A DNA stretch of 64,000 nucleotides. It comes from Hemiscyllium ocellatum (taxonomy: Eukaryota). The position numbers and the translations under genes are program-made. The notes below the pieces were generated by a model, which had not been told where the DNA came from, ran no database searches, and saw nothing but the letters and a program-made list of their open reading frames with translations. Of the stretch, positions 38,541 to 51,309 are shown one piece after another. Within the stretch, counting starts at the first letter, position 1. Each line of letters starts with the position of its first letter. The stretch is from the NCBI RefSeq assembly GCF_020745735.1, contig NC_083421.1, forward strand, positions 38,679,001 to 38,743,000. Direction: 5' to 3'.

Positions 38541-38910
38541 ATTTGTACAATTATTTAGAAGAGTACAATGATATATTGTCTTACTAGGTGGTCTGTTGTA
38601 GCCTGCAAGATAAGGGAAAATTATTAAATTATTCAAATTTTACCAATTCTACTTCTGTATTTTTATATAGATATAAAAAGATAATCTATTTGACAATGGT
38701 AATTCTGAGCTTTTTGGTAATTACAACTGCAGAAAATATCATTTAGAAATAAGTTTTTGATTATTTGAAGAGCATTGAATATAAGAAGACATAATATCCT
38801 TATTATTCAAACTCTCTGAATGGATTAATTGATAAAACTAAATGCTCTTTCTCATTTATAATTACCTGCGTGTTCCAGTTTCCTAGTTTAGGCATGCAGC
38901 AACTGTGATG

Positions 38911-39850
38911 GAATAGATAGAATAGAACAGCCTTCATTGTTACGTGCACCTGAATGAGTACAGGGAAACGTTTGTAATGTCTACTCTCAGCACCATCTTA
39001 GGTACAAGGTACCTAGGTCCAGATACTTTAATTGTTGGTACAGAATTGAAATAGAAGAAAACAAAAGCCTAGCAAAGGATTACAGAGTTTAAAACATCCA
39101 GAATGATAATAAAAAATATATTTAAAGTATTTAAGTTATTGTCCCTTTTCATTGAGTCCGAGCTCCTCAGGCCTCCATGCATTGCCTCCTGGCCTGAACT
39201 CGCCTCCAGGACTCCTTTTCCCAACCAGCCCGGACTTGCTCTGCTCCTGCTCTGGGCCCCAGGCTCCAGGCTCCAGCCCCTGACTCAGCTCCCAGCTCTG
39301 CCCGTGCTTGCTCTGCTCCCTCTCCGTGCGCTAGCTCCCAGCTCTGCCCGTGCTTGCTCTGTTCCCTCTCCGGGTGCCAACTCCCAGCTCTGCCCCTGCT
39401 TGCTCTGCTCCCTCTCCAGCCACTGACTCAGCTCCCAGCTCTGCCCGTGCTTGCTCTGCTCCCTCTCCAGGCACCAGTTCCCAGCTCTGCCTGTGCTTGC
39501 TCTGCTCCCTCTCCAGGCACCAGTTCCCAGCTCTGCCTGTGCTTGCTCTGCTCCCTCTCCGGGCGCCAGTTCCCAGCTCTGCTCGTGCTTGCTCTGCTCC
39601 CTCTCCGGGCGCCAGTTCCCAGCTCTGCTCGTGCTTGCTCTGCTCCCTCTCCGTGTGCCAGTTCCCAGCTCTGCCTGTGCTTGCTCTGCTCCCTCTCCGG
39701 GCGCCAGTTCCCAGCTCTGCTCGTGCTTGCTCTGCTCCCTCTCCGGGCGCCAGTTCCCAGCTCTGCTCGTGCTTGCTCTGCTCCCTCTCCGGGCGCCAGC
39801 TCCCAGCCCTGCCCGTGCTTGCTCTGCTCTCGCTTTGGGCTGACACATCA
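38911..39850 (-). mobile_element. Rex1/Babar-tailed non-autonomous element containing a minisatellite
   Basis: Minus strand 3' end cctaggtaccttgtacctaagatggtg..gacattacaaacgtttccctgtactc..gtgcacgtaacaatgaa plus (tattc)n tail. Confidence 0.55.
39291..39830. repeat. 46-bp GC-rich minisatellite, about 12 units
   Basis: Unit cccagctctgctcgtgcttgctctgctccctctccgggcgccagtt; unit starts at 39291, 39337, 39383, 39434 (preceding unit 51 bp), 39480 ... 39802. Confidence 0.97.
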
Positions 39851-40059
39851 AGAGGATCATTATTTAGCTGTTCTTCATGTCAGAATCAAATAATCTAAAT
39901 GCAATTTGTGTGTGTATTTTTATGAGTGTTTTTTTTAAACAACTGAGAACATAAAATGATTGCGACAATTTAATGTCATTTCATTTGGATGGGATGTGAG
40001 CTATGGATAATACAGTACCTCAGTTTAAATATTCCAGTTCCTGCCTTCTGTGTGTATGG

Positions 40060-42400
40060 GTTTCTTGAAGTCCTTGGTGAAGATATTTCTCCTCACATGA
40101 GTCATAAATGGCTTATTCCACACCCTGTGTCCCTGATTCTGGACTCCCCCTGCCAACAGGAACATCCGTCCTGTTAACCTTTTTTGGGTTTTATGAGATT
40201 CTTCCTGTATTCTTTTTTAACTCCAGCAGATATAACCTTAACCGTTGTAACCTCTCTTCACACATCCATCCCACCATCTAAGGAATTAGTCTGGTAAACC
40301 TTTACTCTGCTTTCTCTGTAGCAAAAAATATCCTTTCTCAGATTACAAGACCAAAACTGCAAACTATACTCCAGGCCTGGTCTCAGAAAGGCCCTGTATC
40401 ATGGTAGCAAGACACCCTGCTCCTACACAAATCCTCTCACCATGTAGGCCAACACAACATTTGCCTTCTTTAACACCTGCTGCATCTGCATGTTTACCTT
40501 CGGAGACTGGTGTTTGAGGACACCCAGGTCTCGTTGCAAGTTCACCATTCCAAATCTATCACCATTCAGATAATAATCTCCCTTCCTATTTTTGCCACCA
40601 AAGTGGACAGTCCCATATATACCCACATTCTGCTGCGTCTGCCATGCATTTTTTCACTCACTCAGATTGTCCAACTCTTACTGAAGCCTTTCTGCTACAT
40701 CCCCACAGCACACCCTCCCACCAGATGTATGTTGTCTGCAAACATGGAGATGTTACATTTAGTTTCCTCATCTAAGTCATTCATATATATTGCAAATAGC
40801 TGGGGTTCAAGCACTCATCCCTGAAGTACACTACTTGTCACTGCCTGCCACTCAGAAAAGACCTGTTAATTCCTATTCTTTGTTTTCTGTGTGACATCAG
40901 TTTTCTATCTATGTCAGTACACTACCTCCAATCTCATGTGCTTTAATTTTACACTCTAACCTCTTATTTGTGACCTTATCAAAAGCCTTCTGAAACTGCA
41001 AATAAATCACATCCATTGGCTTCCCCTCATCAACTCTGCTCAAAGATTTCCAGTAGATTTGGCAAGCTTGATTTTGCTTTTGTAAACCCACACTGATTCT
41101 GTCTGATCCTCTCATTGTTTTCCAAAAGCTCTGCTATTAAATCTTTTATAACGTACTCTAGCATTTTCCTATCACTGGCATCAGGCCTAGTGGTCTATAA
41201 TTCCCAACAATCTCTCTATCTCCCTTTTTAAATCAAAGGGTTACTTCAGCTACCCTCCAAAGTGTAGGGGCTGTTTCAGAGTCTATAGAAAATTGGAAGT
41301 TGGCCATCAATTCATCCATTATTTCCAGGGCCTCTTCCTTAAATACTCAGCCCCTGGGAATTTATTAGCCTTCAATCACAAATTCCTCATCACTGTTTCC
41401 CTATTAATACTGATTTCCTTCAGTTCCTCCATCTCGCCGCCATGTTCCACAGGAAGCCTGGTATGTTATTTATGCCCCCCCCACTTTGTGAACATACTTA
41501 GTTAGTTCACCATTTCTTTGTTTTCCATTATAGATCCCATTGTTTCTGACTGTAAGAGATCGACTTTCATCTTTATTAACTTTTTTTTCTCTTTGCATGG
41601 CTTTACAGACTTTTACAGTCATTTTTTCATGTTCCCCATAATGTTACTCTCATACTCTACTTTCCCTCTTTTAGTCTATCCCTTTGTTTTCCTTCAATGA
41701 ATTCTAAACTGCTCAGATTTTTCCGATTTTTTTTCTGGTCAATTTGTACACCTCTTCCATGGATCGAATACTGTGTCTGATTTCTCTTATAAACCATGGT
41801 TTAGCCACCTTTCCTATTTTACTTTTGCGATAAGCAGGAGCAAACAATTGTTGCAGTTCACCCCACTCACTCGTTGAATGTTTGCCATTGCCTTTCTACT
41901 GGTTTCCTTTTAAGCAATGGTCCCCAGTCCATCATAGCCAACTCATCCCATGTTATCATGGTTTCCTCTATTTAGAGTTAGAATGCTTTGTTCAGAAGCA
42001 ATTGCATCACTCTCAAACCAAAAGAGAAAATGCTGGAAAATCTCAGCAGGTCTGGCAGCATCTGCAAGGAGAGAAAGGAGCTGACGTTTCGAGTCTAACT
42101 GACCCTTTGTCAGCCAGACCTGGTGAGATTTTCCAGCATTTTCTCTTTTGCATCACTCTCAATCTTGATGATGAACACTATTATGTTTGTCTCTAAGGAG
42201 CCTTGCACAACTTGACTGCCAATTATTCTTTTCTCATTCCACATGACCCAGTCCTGAATGGCGTGTTCTCTCAAAAGTCCTGAGGAAGGGTCCCTCAAAA
42301 CAAAGCATTAACTTTAACTTCTCTCCATAGATGCTGCTAGGCCTGCTGAGCTTCTCCAGCAATTTCTGTTTTTGGCCTATCCTCTAGTTGATTGCACTTG
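40060..42400 (-). mobile_element. Old CR1 LINE ORF2 fragment with nested Penelope-type short insertions
   Basis: VHFGGKNRK..QRDLGVL, DVIYLQFQKAFDKV; continues toward the endonuclease side. Confidence 0.85.
42017..42147. mobile_element. Short palindromic Penelope-type element
   Basis: aaaagagaaaatgctggaaaatctcagcaggtctggc / gccagacctggtgagattttccagcattttctctttt; 15-bp duplication ttgcatcactctcaa at 42002-42016 and 42148-42162. Confidence 0.8.
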
Positions 42401-42539
42401 GAATCAACTGTCAGAGAATGTTAAGATGTATTATCAAAATTAAAAAGGAAGCAAATGCATTAAATGGAAATTATATTAAAGTCAAACTAATAATGAACTA
42501 TTAGATGTGCAACCCATTCTAACAGATGAAAGACTTAAC

Positions 42540-42755
42540 AACAATATAGGTTTGTTAAGTATATCATTTCAGTTGCATGGCACTGTAATCTTTTGCTGTA
42601 AATTCTGTGTCTTATAGTCCTGCTTCACTACCACCTGATGAAGGAGCAGTGCATCAAAAGCCAGTGCTTCCAAATAAACCTGTTGGACTGTAATCTGGTA
42701 TTGTGTGATTTTTAACTTTGTCCACCCCAGTCCAATATCGGCATTTCCACATCAA
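42540..42755 (+). mobile_element. Short HHR-bearing repeat, second family (decayed core at 42632-42666)
   Basis: cac-CTGATGA-aggagcagtgcatc-aaaa-gc-ca-gtg then cttccaaataaacctgttggact..gtgtgatttttaacttt; homologous to 50596-50718 (-). Confidence 0.7.
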
Positions 42756-43484
42756 ACTGTTAGAAGGCAGTGTTCCGTTGATAAGTCCACAGACCTGAAA
42801 TGTTTCTTTGTCAACAGAGCACTACCCAATATGTGCTGAATATTTCCAGCACTTCCAGTTTTATTTCATATTTCCAGTATTCACTATTTTTTTTTCAGTA
42901 TTTGATGTTGTTACAACAAACTTTGTTTTAACTTGCACGTTATGAACTGGTAAAAATTTAAACATTTCAAATACTGCAAAGTTTACTGTGTTGTTCTGTC
43001 TAATTATAGTTCTTTAAAAAATTGATTTACCTCAGTGTAAAGATATTTGTTGTTCAATCAAACAGGCACACGAAATATCAAAGGTTGATTCAAGTATAAG
43101 TCAATTTCTGCTCAAATACCATGATCTACCATGATATCAGAGTAGTCAGTTGTGGGGAAGTGTGTGAAGGTTGCCTGCTGGTAAATTGAATTATTATTTT
43201 AGTGATTTATACTGTAAATAAAGTATAACAGTGATGGATGTACCCGCACCTTACATTTCTATTACTTAGTGTAAGTTTTTACATTGATTATGTGAACCTC
43301 TTCATTATCCGGAATGTTCCATCAACTAGCACACTCCTGGTCTCATAGATGCCAGATTATAAGAAGTTTACTATGCACCTCTTCCAAGAATGCCAACCTT
43401 AACAGGATCATTGAATTGTATTTCCACTAATCGTTTCAGTCATGCTGACCAGTTGTGACAAAAGGTAACAAAACTGAACTATTA

Positions 43485-43880
43485 ACTGAAACAAAAACAG
43501 AAATTGCCGGAGAAACACAACATCTGTGAAGAGGAAGCAGTGTTAATGTTACAAGTCCAGTGACCCTTCTTCAGAACCGATACTAGCTCGGAACGGGCAG
43601 CATATGTGCTGAAGACAAGAGGTGACAGAGGACAAATGAGTCAGCAAATAGATAGAGGTGGAGCCCAGAGAAAGAGGAAACAATCATAAGTCAAAGGGAT
43701 GGATGGTAGTACTCCAGGGAAAAAGAAAAACTGACAATGGGGACTGTGAGTAGGTGAAAATGGGTTGGCTGTGCTGAAAGTAATCCAAGTCATGTCAGAA
43801 CCTGGTGTGTGGGGTGGATAAGGGACATAGATGTGGGTGTTCAGGTTCTAAAGTTACTGAAGACGATACCGAGTTTCAGA
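43485..43880 (-). mobile_element. Penelope-type 3' terminal region with HHR relic (43542-43577)
   Basis: Minus strand gtt-CTGAAGA-agggtcactggactt-gtaa-ca-tt-aac, followed by the family tail (tctccggcaatttctgtttttgtttcag). Confidence 0.6.
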
Positions 43881-44581
43881 TTTCCACCACCCACAGTTCT
43901 TTGTTTTATTGAAATATTAGTTGTCTCTCTTTACACAGATGCTATGAGGTGTGTACAGCATTTCCTGTCTTTATTAAAAAGGGGATTCATGTCAAGTTAA
44001 TGGTGATCGAAATGTATTATTAACAAAACGGGATGAAACACATACACTGATTTGGCACTGATGCTAAATCATTGGACATTGTACTTCAAAACAAAGATGT
44101 GCTATACTCGGAAAAGAAAAAGAATAAGCAAGTCCTGGAGAAAAAGAAATGAAGTAATAGAGATCTGGTAGTGAGACATATTCAGCAGGAATCAGTGAGG
44201 AATCTTTCTCGCAGGGTGAAGTGTCACCTATTGAAGACTGAGATGAGGAGAACTTTCTTCTCTCAGTGGGGAGCAAATCTGTGGGATTGTTTACCGATCT
44301 GTCGAGGCTGGGTCATTAAGAATATTCAAGGTAGAGGTAGACAGATTTTTAATTGGAAACGGGATTAGGGGTTATAGGGAAAAAAACAAGAAAGTGGAGT
44401 TGAGCACTATCAGATCAGCCATGATCTCTCTGAATGGGTGGATTTGCTTCAATGGGCCAATGGGCTTATTTCTTCCCCTACATCTTATGGACTTACAGTC
44501 CAAATTACTTCAGGATTCAAATAAGAGATTAGGAGTGATACTATACATATCCATTCCATTACTTTTAAAAATTACATGACT

Positions 44582-46626
44582 ATATTCCTGTCAGGGTGAA
44601 AGGGAAGGCTGGAAAGTATAGGGAATGCTGGATGACTAAAGAAATTGAGGGTTTGGTTAAGAAAAAGAAGGAAGATATGTCAGGTATAGATAGGATAGAT
44701 CAAGTGAATCCTTAGAAGAGTATAAAGAAAGTAGGAGTGTACTTAAGAGGGAAATCAGGAGGGCAAAACGGGACATGAGATAGCTTTGGCAAATAGAATT
44801 AAGGAGAATACAAAGGGTTTTTAAAAATCTATTAAGGACAAAAGGGTAACTTGGGAGAGAATAGGGCCCCTCAAAGATCAGCAAGGCAGCCTTTGTGTGG
44901 AGCCACAGAAATTGGGGGAGGTACTAAATGAATATTTTGCATCAGTATTTACTGTGGAAAAGGATATGGAAGATATAGACTGTAGGGAAATAGATGGTGA
45001 CATCTTGCAAAATGTCCAGATTACAGAGGAGGAAGTGCTGGATGTCTTGAAATGGTCAAAAGTGGATAAATCCCCAGGTCCTGATCAGATGTACCTGAGA
45101 ACTCCGTGGGAAGCTAGAGAAGTGATTGCTGGGCCTCTTGCTGAGCTATTTGTATCATCGATAGTCACAGGTGAGGTGCCGGAAGACTGGAGGTTCAGAA
45201 ACGTGGTGCCACTGTTTAAGAAGGCTGGTAAAGACAACCCAGGGAACTATAGACTGGTGAGCTTGACCTCGGTGGTGGACAAGTTGTTGGAGGGAATCCT
45301 AAGGGACAGGATGTACATGTATTTGGAAAGGCAAGGGATAGTCAACATGGCTTTGTACATGGGAACTCATGTCTCACAAACTTGATTGAGTTTTTTGAAG
45401 AAGTAACAAAGAAGATTAATGAGGGCAGAGCAGTAGATGTGATCTATATGGACTTCAATAAGGCATTCAACGAGGTTCCCCATGGGAGACTGATTAGCAA
45501 GGTTAGATCTCATGGAATACAGGGAGAACTAGCCATTTGGATACAGAACTGGCTCAAAGGTAGAAGACAGAGGGTGGTGGTGGAGGGTTGTTTTTCAGAC
45601 TGGAGGTCTGTGACCAGTGGAGTGCCACAAGGATCGGTGCTGGGCCCTCTACTTTTTGTCATTTACATAAATGATTTGGATGAGAGCATAAGAGGTATAG
45701 TTAGTAAATTTGCAGATGACACCAAAATTGGAGGTGTAGTGGACAGCGAAGAGGGCTACCTCAGATTACAACAGAATCTGGACCAGATGGGCCAATGGGC
45801 TAAGAAGTGGCAGATGGAGTTTAATTCAGATAAATGTGAGGTGCTGCATTTTGGGAAAGCAAATCTTAGCAGGACTTATACACTTAATGGTAAGGTCCTA
45901 AGGATTGTTGCTGAACAAAGAGATCTTAGAGTGCAGGTTAATGGCTCCTTGAAAGTGGAGTTGCAGGTGGATAGGATAGTGAAGAAGGTGTTTGGTATGC
46001 TTTCCTTTATTGGTCAGAGTACTGAGTACAGGAGTTGGGAGGTCATGTTGCGGCTGTACAGGACATTGGTTAGGCCACTGTTGGAATATTGCGTGCAATT
46101 TTGTTGTCCTTCCTATCGGAAAGATGTTGTGAAACTTGAAAGGGTTCAGAAAAGATTTACAAGGATGTTGCCAGGGTTGGAGGATCTGAGCTACAGGGAG
46201 AGGCTGACCAGGCTGGGACTGTTTTCCCTGGGGAATCGGAGGCTGAGGGGTGACCTTATAGAGGTTTACAAAATTATGAGGTGCATGGATAGGATAAATA
46301 GACAAAGTCTTTTCCCTGGGAAGTCCAGAACTAGAGGGCATAGGTTTAGGTTGGGAGGGGAAAGATATAAAACAGACCTAAGGGGCAACTTTTTCAAGCA
46401 GAGGGTGGTACATGTATGGAATGAGCTGCCAGAGGATGTGGTGGAGGCTGGCACAATTGCAACATTTAAGAGGCATTTGGATGGGTATATGAATAGGAAG
46501 GGTTTGGAGGGATATGGGCAAGGTGCTGGCAGGTAGGACTAGATTGGGTTGGGATATCTGGTCGGTATGGACGGGTTGGATCGAAGGGTCTGTTTCCATG
46601 CTATACATCTCTATGACTCTATGATT
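44582..46626 (+). mobile_element. CR1 (HER1-type) LINE, 5'-truncated, youngest copy in window; ORF2 44897..45385 / 45382..46536 split by one frameshift
   Basis: 384-aa open RT and C-terminal region (GVPQGSVLGPLLFVIYINDL, KFADDTK) running to the end of ORF2; (ctatgact)n tail. Confidence 0.97.
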
Positions 46627-49600
46627 TAGTTTAAGAGCCTTTTGTAACTGTTGTAAACTATATTCTGAGTATGAAGCAGGTTCTGAAAAGACATCCAGAA
46701 CAAGAAAAAGATGTTCCTATTTTCAATCATTTCCGATTGAAAACTAGCTAAAGAGGCTGACATTTTCCCTCTGCAGCACTATCTATCTAACCTTGTCAAA
46801 TTGATGGATTTGCCAAATTATGTAAATTAATGGGCTATTATTTGTGATAGGTGCAAATCTAACAAGTGCTCATCATGAGTTCAACACACTATTGCATGCT
46901 TAAGCTTTAATATTGTTTCCATAACAAATTGCTGATAGTGTGTCCTGATAATGTCACAGTGACCAAAATAGCTATCTGTGATTGAGTGATCATGACAAGC
47001 AGTTGTGTATCCCCTGCAGCAATCAGATTACTGAATCGTGAATCTAATAGAACAAAGCCTCAGAAAGAACTGTAAATTAAAATTGGTTCACTCATTATTT
47101 AAGTAAGGACAATTATGGCAAGTAAGTAAAAAAGGAGAGAATGATTTGATAAAGAGAGAGAAAGGAGGCTAAACAGAAAAGCAAGAAAAGGGTTTTAACT
47201 TTGAAATGACATTTTATAAAATAACCAACAGCAATGAAAACCTCACAGAATGAAATTTCACCTTTAATTAGTTTTCAGTACCCGAATGATTATTTGGCAG
47301 TGATTGTTTTGTTTACTGCTTTCAGAACCATGTAAGGTAGTGAGCCAAGGACAAGAATGAAACTACATATCCAACTGCCAGAAGGTCTCCAAACTGCTGC
47401 ATGTTAAACTAAAGGTATGTACAAAGGTTTCTATAACAGCAAGTTATCAGTTTGTCTGTTAAATAAATCTGTTTGACACTTCCAAGTAGACAAAACATTT
47501 GCTACTCGTCTGATTGTGGTAATTCTGTGTTGGGGAAAACGACAGAAGAATACAAAATGATTAACGATTGTCACATTGTTAAAAGAGAAATTTGATTGAA
47601 ATAGACAATGTTTAACTTCCTGTCCTGAGTTTACAATTGTAAGTCAATGTATTTGAATAATGAGACAGACAGTATTATGAAATTTTGTGAATTTGCATCT
47701 CAGGCAGCAAATGATAAGTTTCCACATTGAACAAGGCATCTGTTGGCACTGGAAGTCACTTTGCCATTTGTGCATATATAAACACAGCACTATTCTCTCA
47801 TTTTTCTCCACAGTTATGCCCATTATCAGACATGATGGTTAGGTGAAAACAATACTTTTTAATTCCAAACCAGAAATAATTTACAGAAGGTTGTGGTACC
47901 AAAGAACCACAAAGTACTGACAGGAAGTGAGAACTCAGTGAGACACTTGCTCTCATGTAATCAAAGGCCCCACTGATCAGAATATCAGTAAAGTAAATGT
48001 CCCCAACACAATCCTCACAGAAAATTTCACAAACAGGAAATGCATTGATCACTCCAAGTATTTATCATTTAAATTGCTTAGTCGTGTTCTCATATCACAT
48101 CACATGTTATATAAACACAGAATCATAGAATCAAATTGCTTATACCACAAACGAACACAACACTTGAGAGTACATTTATGTGTCTGTCACTCATTTGTGT
48201 AAATTGTTTCCTTACTTGAAGCCTGCATTTTGCTTTCAATTATAGTGTGCCCCTTTTTTACTGTCAGAGCACTTTAAGGTATGGTTTGGCAAGCATTGAG
48301 TGTAGGCATGACTTCTCTGATGGGACTGCAGCATTTTGATTATTAAGTTAAACTCACTTTTAATTGTTGTACATCTATAAAGGAAATGCTAAGCACAGAG
48401 TGTACAGATCCCTTAGAATTCTTTTTAGGTCTTCAGTTCGATTCTGACACTATTCGCAAACTTATACAATTTTCTTCTACAACCTGTACTTTACTTTCAC
48501 CGTTTCTCACCGACCTTTAATTATGTTATCTATCTTTTTATATTGAGTCAATCTCAGATTCAACTTCTAAACCAACTTTCTACAGCAAATTGTATTATCT
48601 GCAAAACACTATTCTTGATTGATCTTTTGCTTCTACTTTATTGATGAACATTAGATTCAGTGGTGCTTCCAATCTGATTGACAGATGACTCAGCACGTCC
48701 TCACTACCAAGTGCGTGTTGTTTGCTTCAGCAAGGTATTCGTCCATTCCATAATCTTACTTTGACTTCATTACCACTGCTCTCAAGTGGCTCTTTGTCAA
48801 AATGCTTTAGAAGTCTGGATAAACTGGACTGCATAGTTTTCCAAATCTACTAGCAATTTCATTTCACTTCTTGTGTCATGTTTACAGAACTCAAAAATTC
48901 CCCAAATGTATAGTGATTCTGAAAGTATTCAATCTTATCTTGCAGTCTGCAGGCGCCCTGTCTCTGAATGTTACCAGTGTAGAATGTAGATACACGTTGC
49001 TGGTAATACAACAGAAACTAATGTTATTGTAAAACATGGAAGAATGTCAATATAAAATGTAATAAATTCCTTCACAATCTCAGCTAGTTAATTTCATTAG
49101 TGTTTGAGTCATACTGTTCAAGAAGGTCCATATTGAACCAATGTATTATGCTGATCAACAATAGTTATTCTGTAATTGGTCTCAGTTACCTAGATTGGGA
49201 AGGGAAAATTCATGTTGTTTCTTGTGTCTGATGGCTATTAAGAGATCCCTGGTCGAATGAAATCAGCTGAAGGCCGGGATCAAACTCATCCATCCTCACC
49301 ATCTGCCTTTTCCATATTTAACAGGTTCATTCATAAAGTTCAATGGCTGTTTGTCCAGTATTTCATGAAATCAGTTCATTGATGTCTGGAGAGAAAAAGT
49401 CAAAAAGATCCCTGGTGTATTAAAACATAATGCTACATAATACTAGTGGTTTATTATCGTAAGAGTCACTTGGGCTTGCCATAAATGCCTAAACATTCTC
49501 AAGTTCTGAAGAGTTAATACTTATTCATAGAAGCTGTAATATTACAGGCTTACCTGATTATGCTGCAAGTCTTGGCAGGCAGGGTTGATGCCTTCCTGTT

Positions 49601-50595
49601 ATGTAACCCTGCATTCAGCTTTTAACATCAAGGAATTCCTCTTCTGTCCAAGCCGGATATGTAAATTCATGAGCTTACAAGGGAATACTACAGAATTATT
49701 ACTACACTGCAATGCATTTTAGCAAATTTCTGCATAAATCATATTGGGAGTGGCTCTGCATAAGGGTCACTTAATCTGTAATTCCATTTCACCCTGATCT
49801 TACAGATAGTATTTTCATTAGTCTCTAACCTTTAGATTAATGTCTTGTCTATGAGTGGAAATACAGGTAAATTATTAAACTCAGGGATTTATTGACTTGT
49901 AAACCCCTCCAGCTGTGCCCTTTATAGCTATCATCTTTGACAGACTCTTAAACCTAGAGAGTCCGATGGCCGGATAAACATTTCTGAAGCATAGATGGGA
50001 GTTGTGCTTGGGAACTTGCGGTATCCATAACCTAGCAGACACTGAAGGTATTGCCTGGATAAGTGAGGATACCACAGGGCAGCCAGAACCCTCTGAAAAT
50101 ATCCATTTACATCAGAGAATGTGAAAGGTGCTGCTGAAGTGAATAATTACTCAGGAAAGATAAGATGATTAATACTCAGTGTAACACCCGAGTAACTATG
50201 AAACCAATGCCTAACTTACCTCACAGGCCACACAGCACACCATCCCTAGATCTTGGCACACCCCAGACCCTGACCTAGCACACCTTCCTTGCCTGGAAAC
50301 CCAACACCTCCATCACCACACCTCTCCCACCCCTGACTCAACACATCCTTTCTTGACTCTGGCCTCAAAATCTCCGTAACCTCCTCCAGACTCGACACCC
50401 ATCCCTTTCCTGCCTCTCAAGATCCAACAACTCTCTCTCTCTTTGCCAGTCTGCCAGAGCAGAAACCCCTCCCACGAGATCTGACTCCCTGTACTCCCCC
50501 TCCTCCTCATTGCCATATTGCTCAACCTCTGTACGATTACAAAAGACCACCCAGGATGGGAAATAGGGAAATGTATCCCCAAAACTGTTCTGAAT

Positions 50596-50718
50596 AATAA
50601 AGTTAAAAATCACACAACACCAGGTTTTAGTCAACAGGTTTATTTGGAAGCACTAACTTTCGGAGCATCGTTCCTCATCAGGTAACTACGGAGCAGGACA
50701 TGAGACACAGAATTTGTA
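50596..50718 (-). mobile_element. Short HHR-bearing repeat, second family; near-intact core at 50651-50684
   Basis: Minus strand tac-CTGATGA-ggaac gat gctcc-GAAA-gt-TA-gtg. Confidence 0.7.
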
Positions 50719-50730
50719 GATGTAAGTTTG

Positions 50731-50952
50731 GAGTGGCACAATAGTTAGCACTGCTGCCTCACAGTGCCAGGGACTCAGGTTTGATTCCTGCCTCAGGCGA
50801 GTACATGGAGTTTGCACATTCAGTGAATTGGCCATGCTAAATTGCCCATTGTGTTAGGTACATTAGTCAAGGATAAATGTAGGGAGGGTTAGTGTGGACT
50901 TGTTGGGCTGAAGGGTCTGTTTCCAATATGTAGGGAACCTAATTTAATCTAA
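50731..50952 (+). mobile_element. HE1-type SINE, internally deleted
   Basis: gttagcactgctgcctcacagtgccaggga..ggacttgttgggctgaagggtctgtttcc. Confidence 0.8.
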
Positions 50953-51309
50953 CATCCACATCCTGAATAATAAATGTAGTCTAAGGCCTAAAATATGCTT
51001 GATTAGAATTGAATCTCAAGGGTCAAAGCTCTATCTCAGTTACAAAGAATAATTATTTAAACTATTGTGCTATTTCAATAATCTAGCTCTATTTCTAAAA
51101 TATGGAGGTACTGGTGTTAGACTGGGATGGACGAGATACGATGTCACATGACAGATTATTTAAAATCACAAGCTTTTGGAGCGCTGGTCCATTGTCACCT
51201 AAACTGCCAGCCTGGCTGAGTTTCACCAGCAATTTCTGTTTTTGTTTGGCTTCTTTTTTTAATCTAGTCTACTGTTTTTGCTGCTCATAATATAATCTCA
51301 CTTACATTG

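Noticed and set aside
39291-39830. CRISPR-like array
   Set aside because: Contiguous tandem units with no unique spacers, no cas genes, and eukaryotic context.
39285-39898. Five overlapping 130-191 aa ORFs on both strands
   Set aside because: Artefact of a stop-free 46-bp tandem repeat; the peptides cycle through the three frames.
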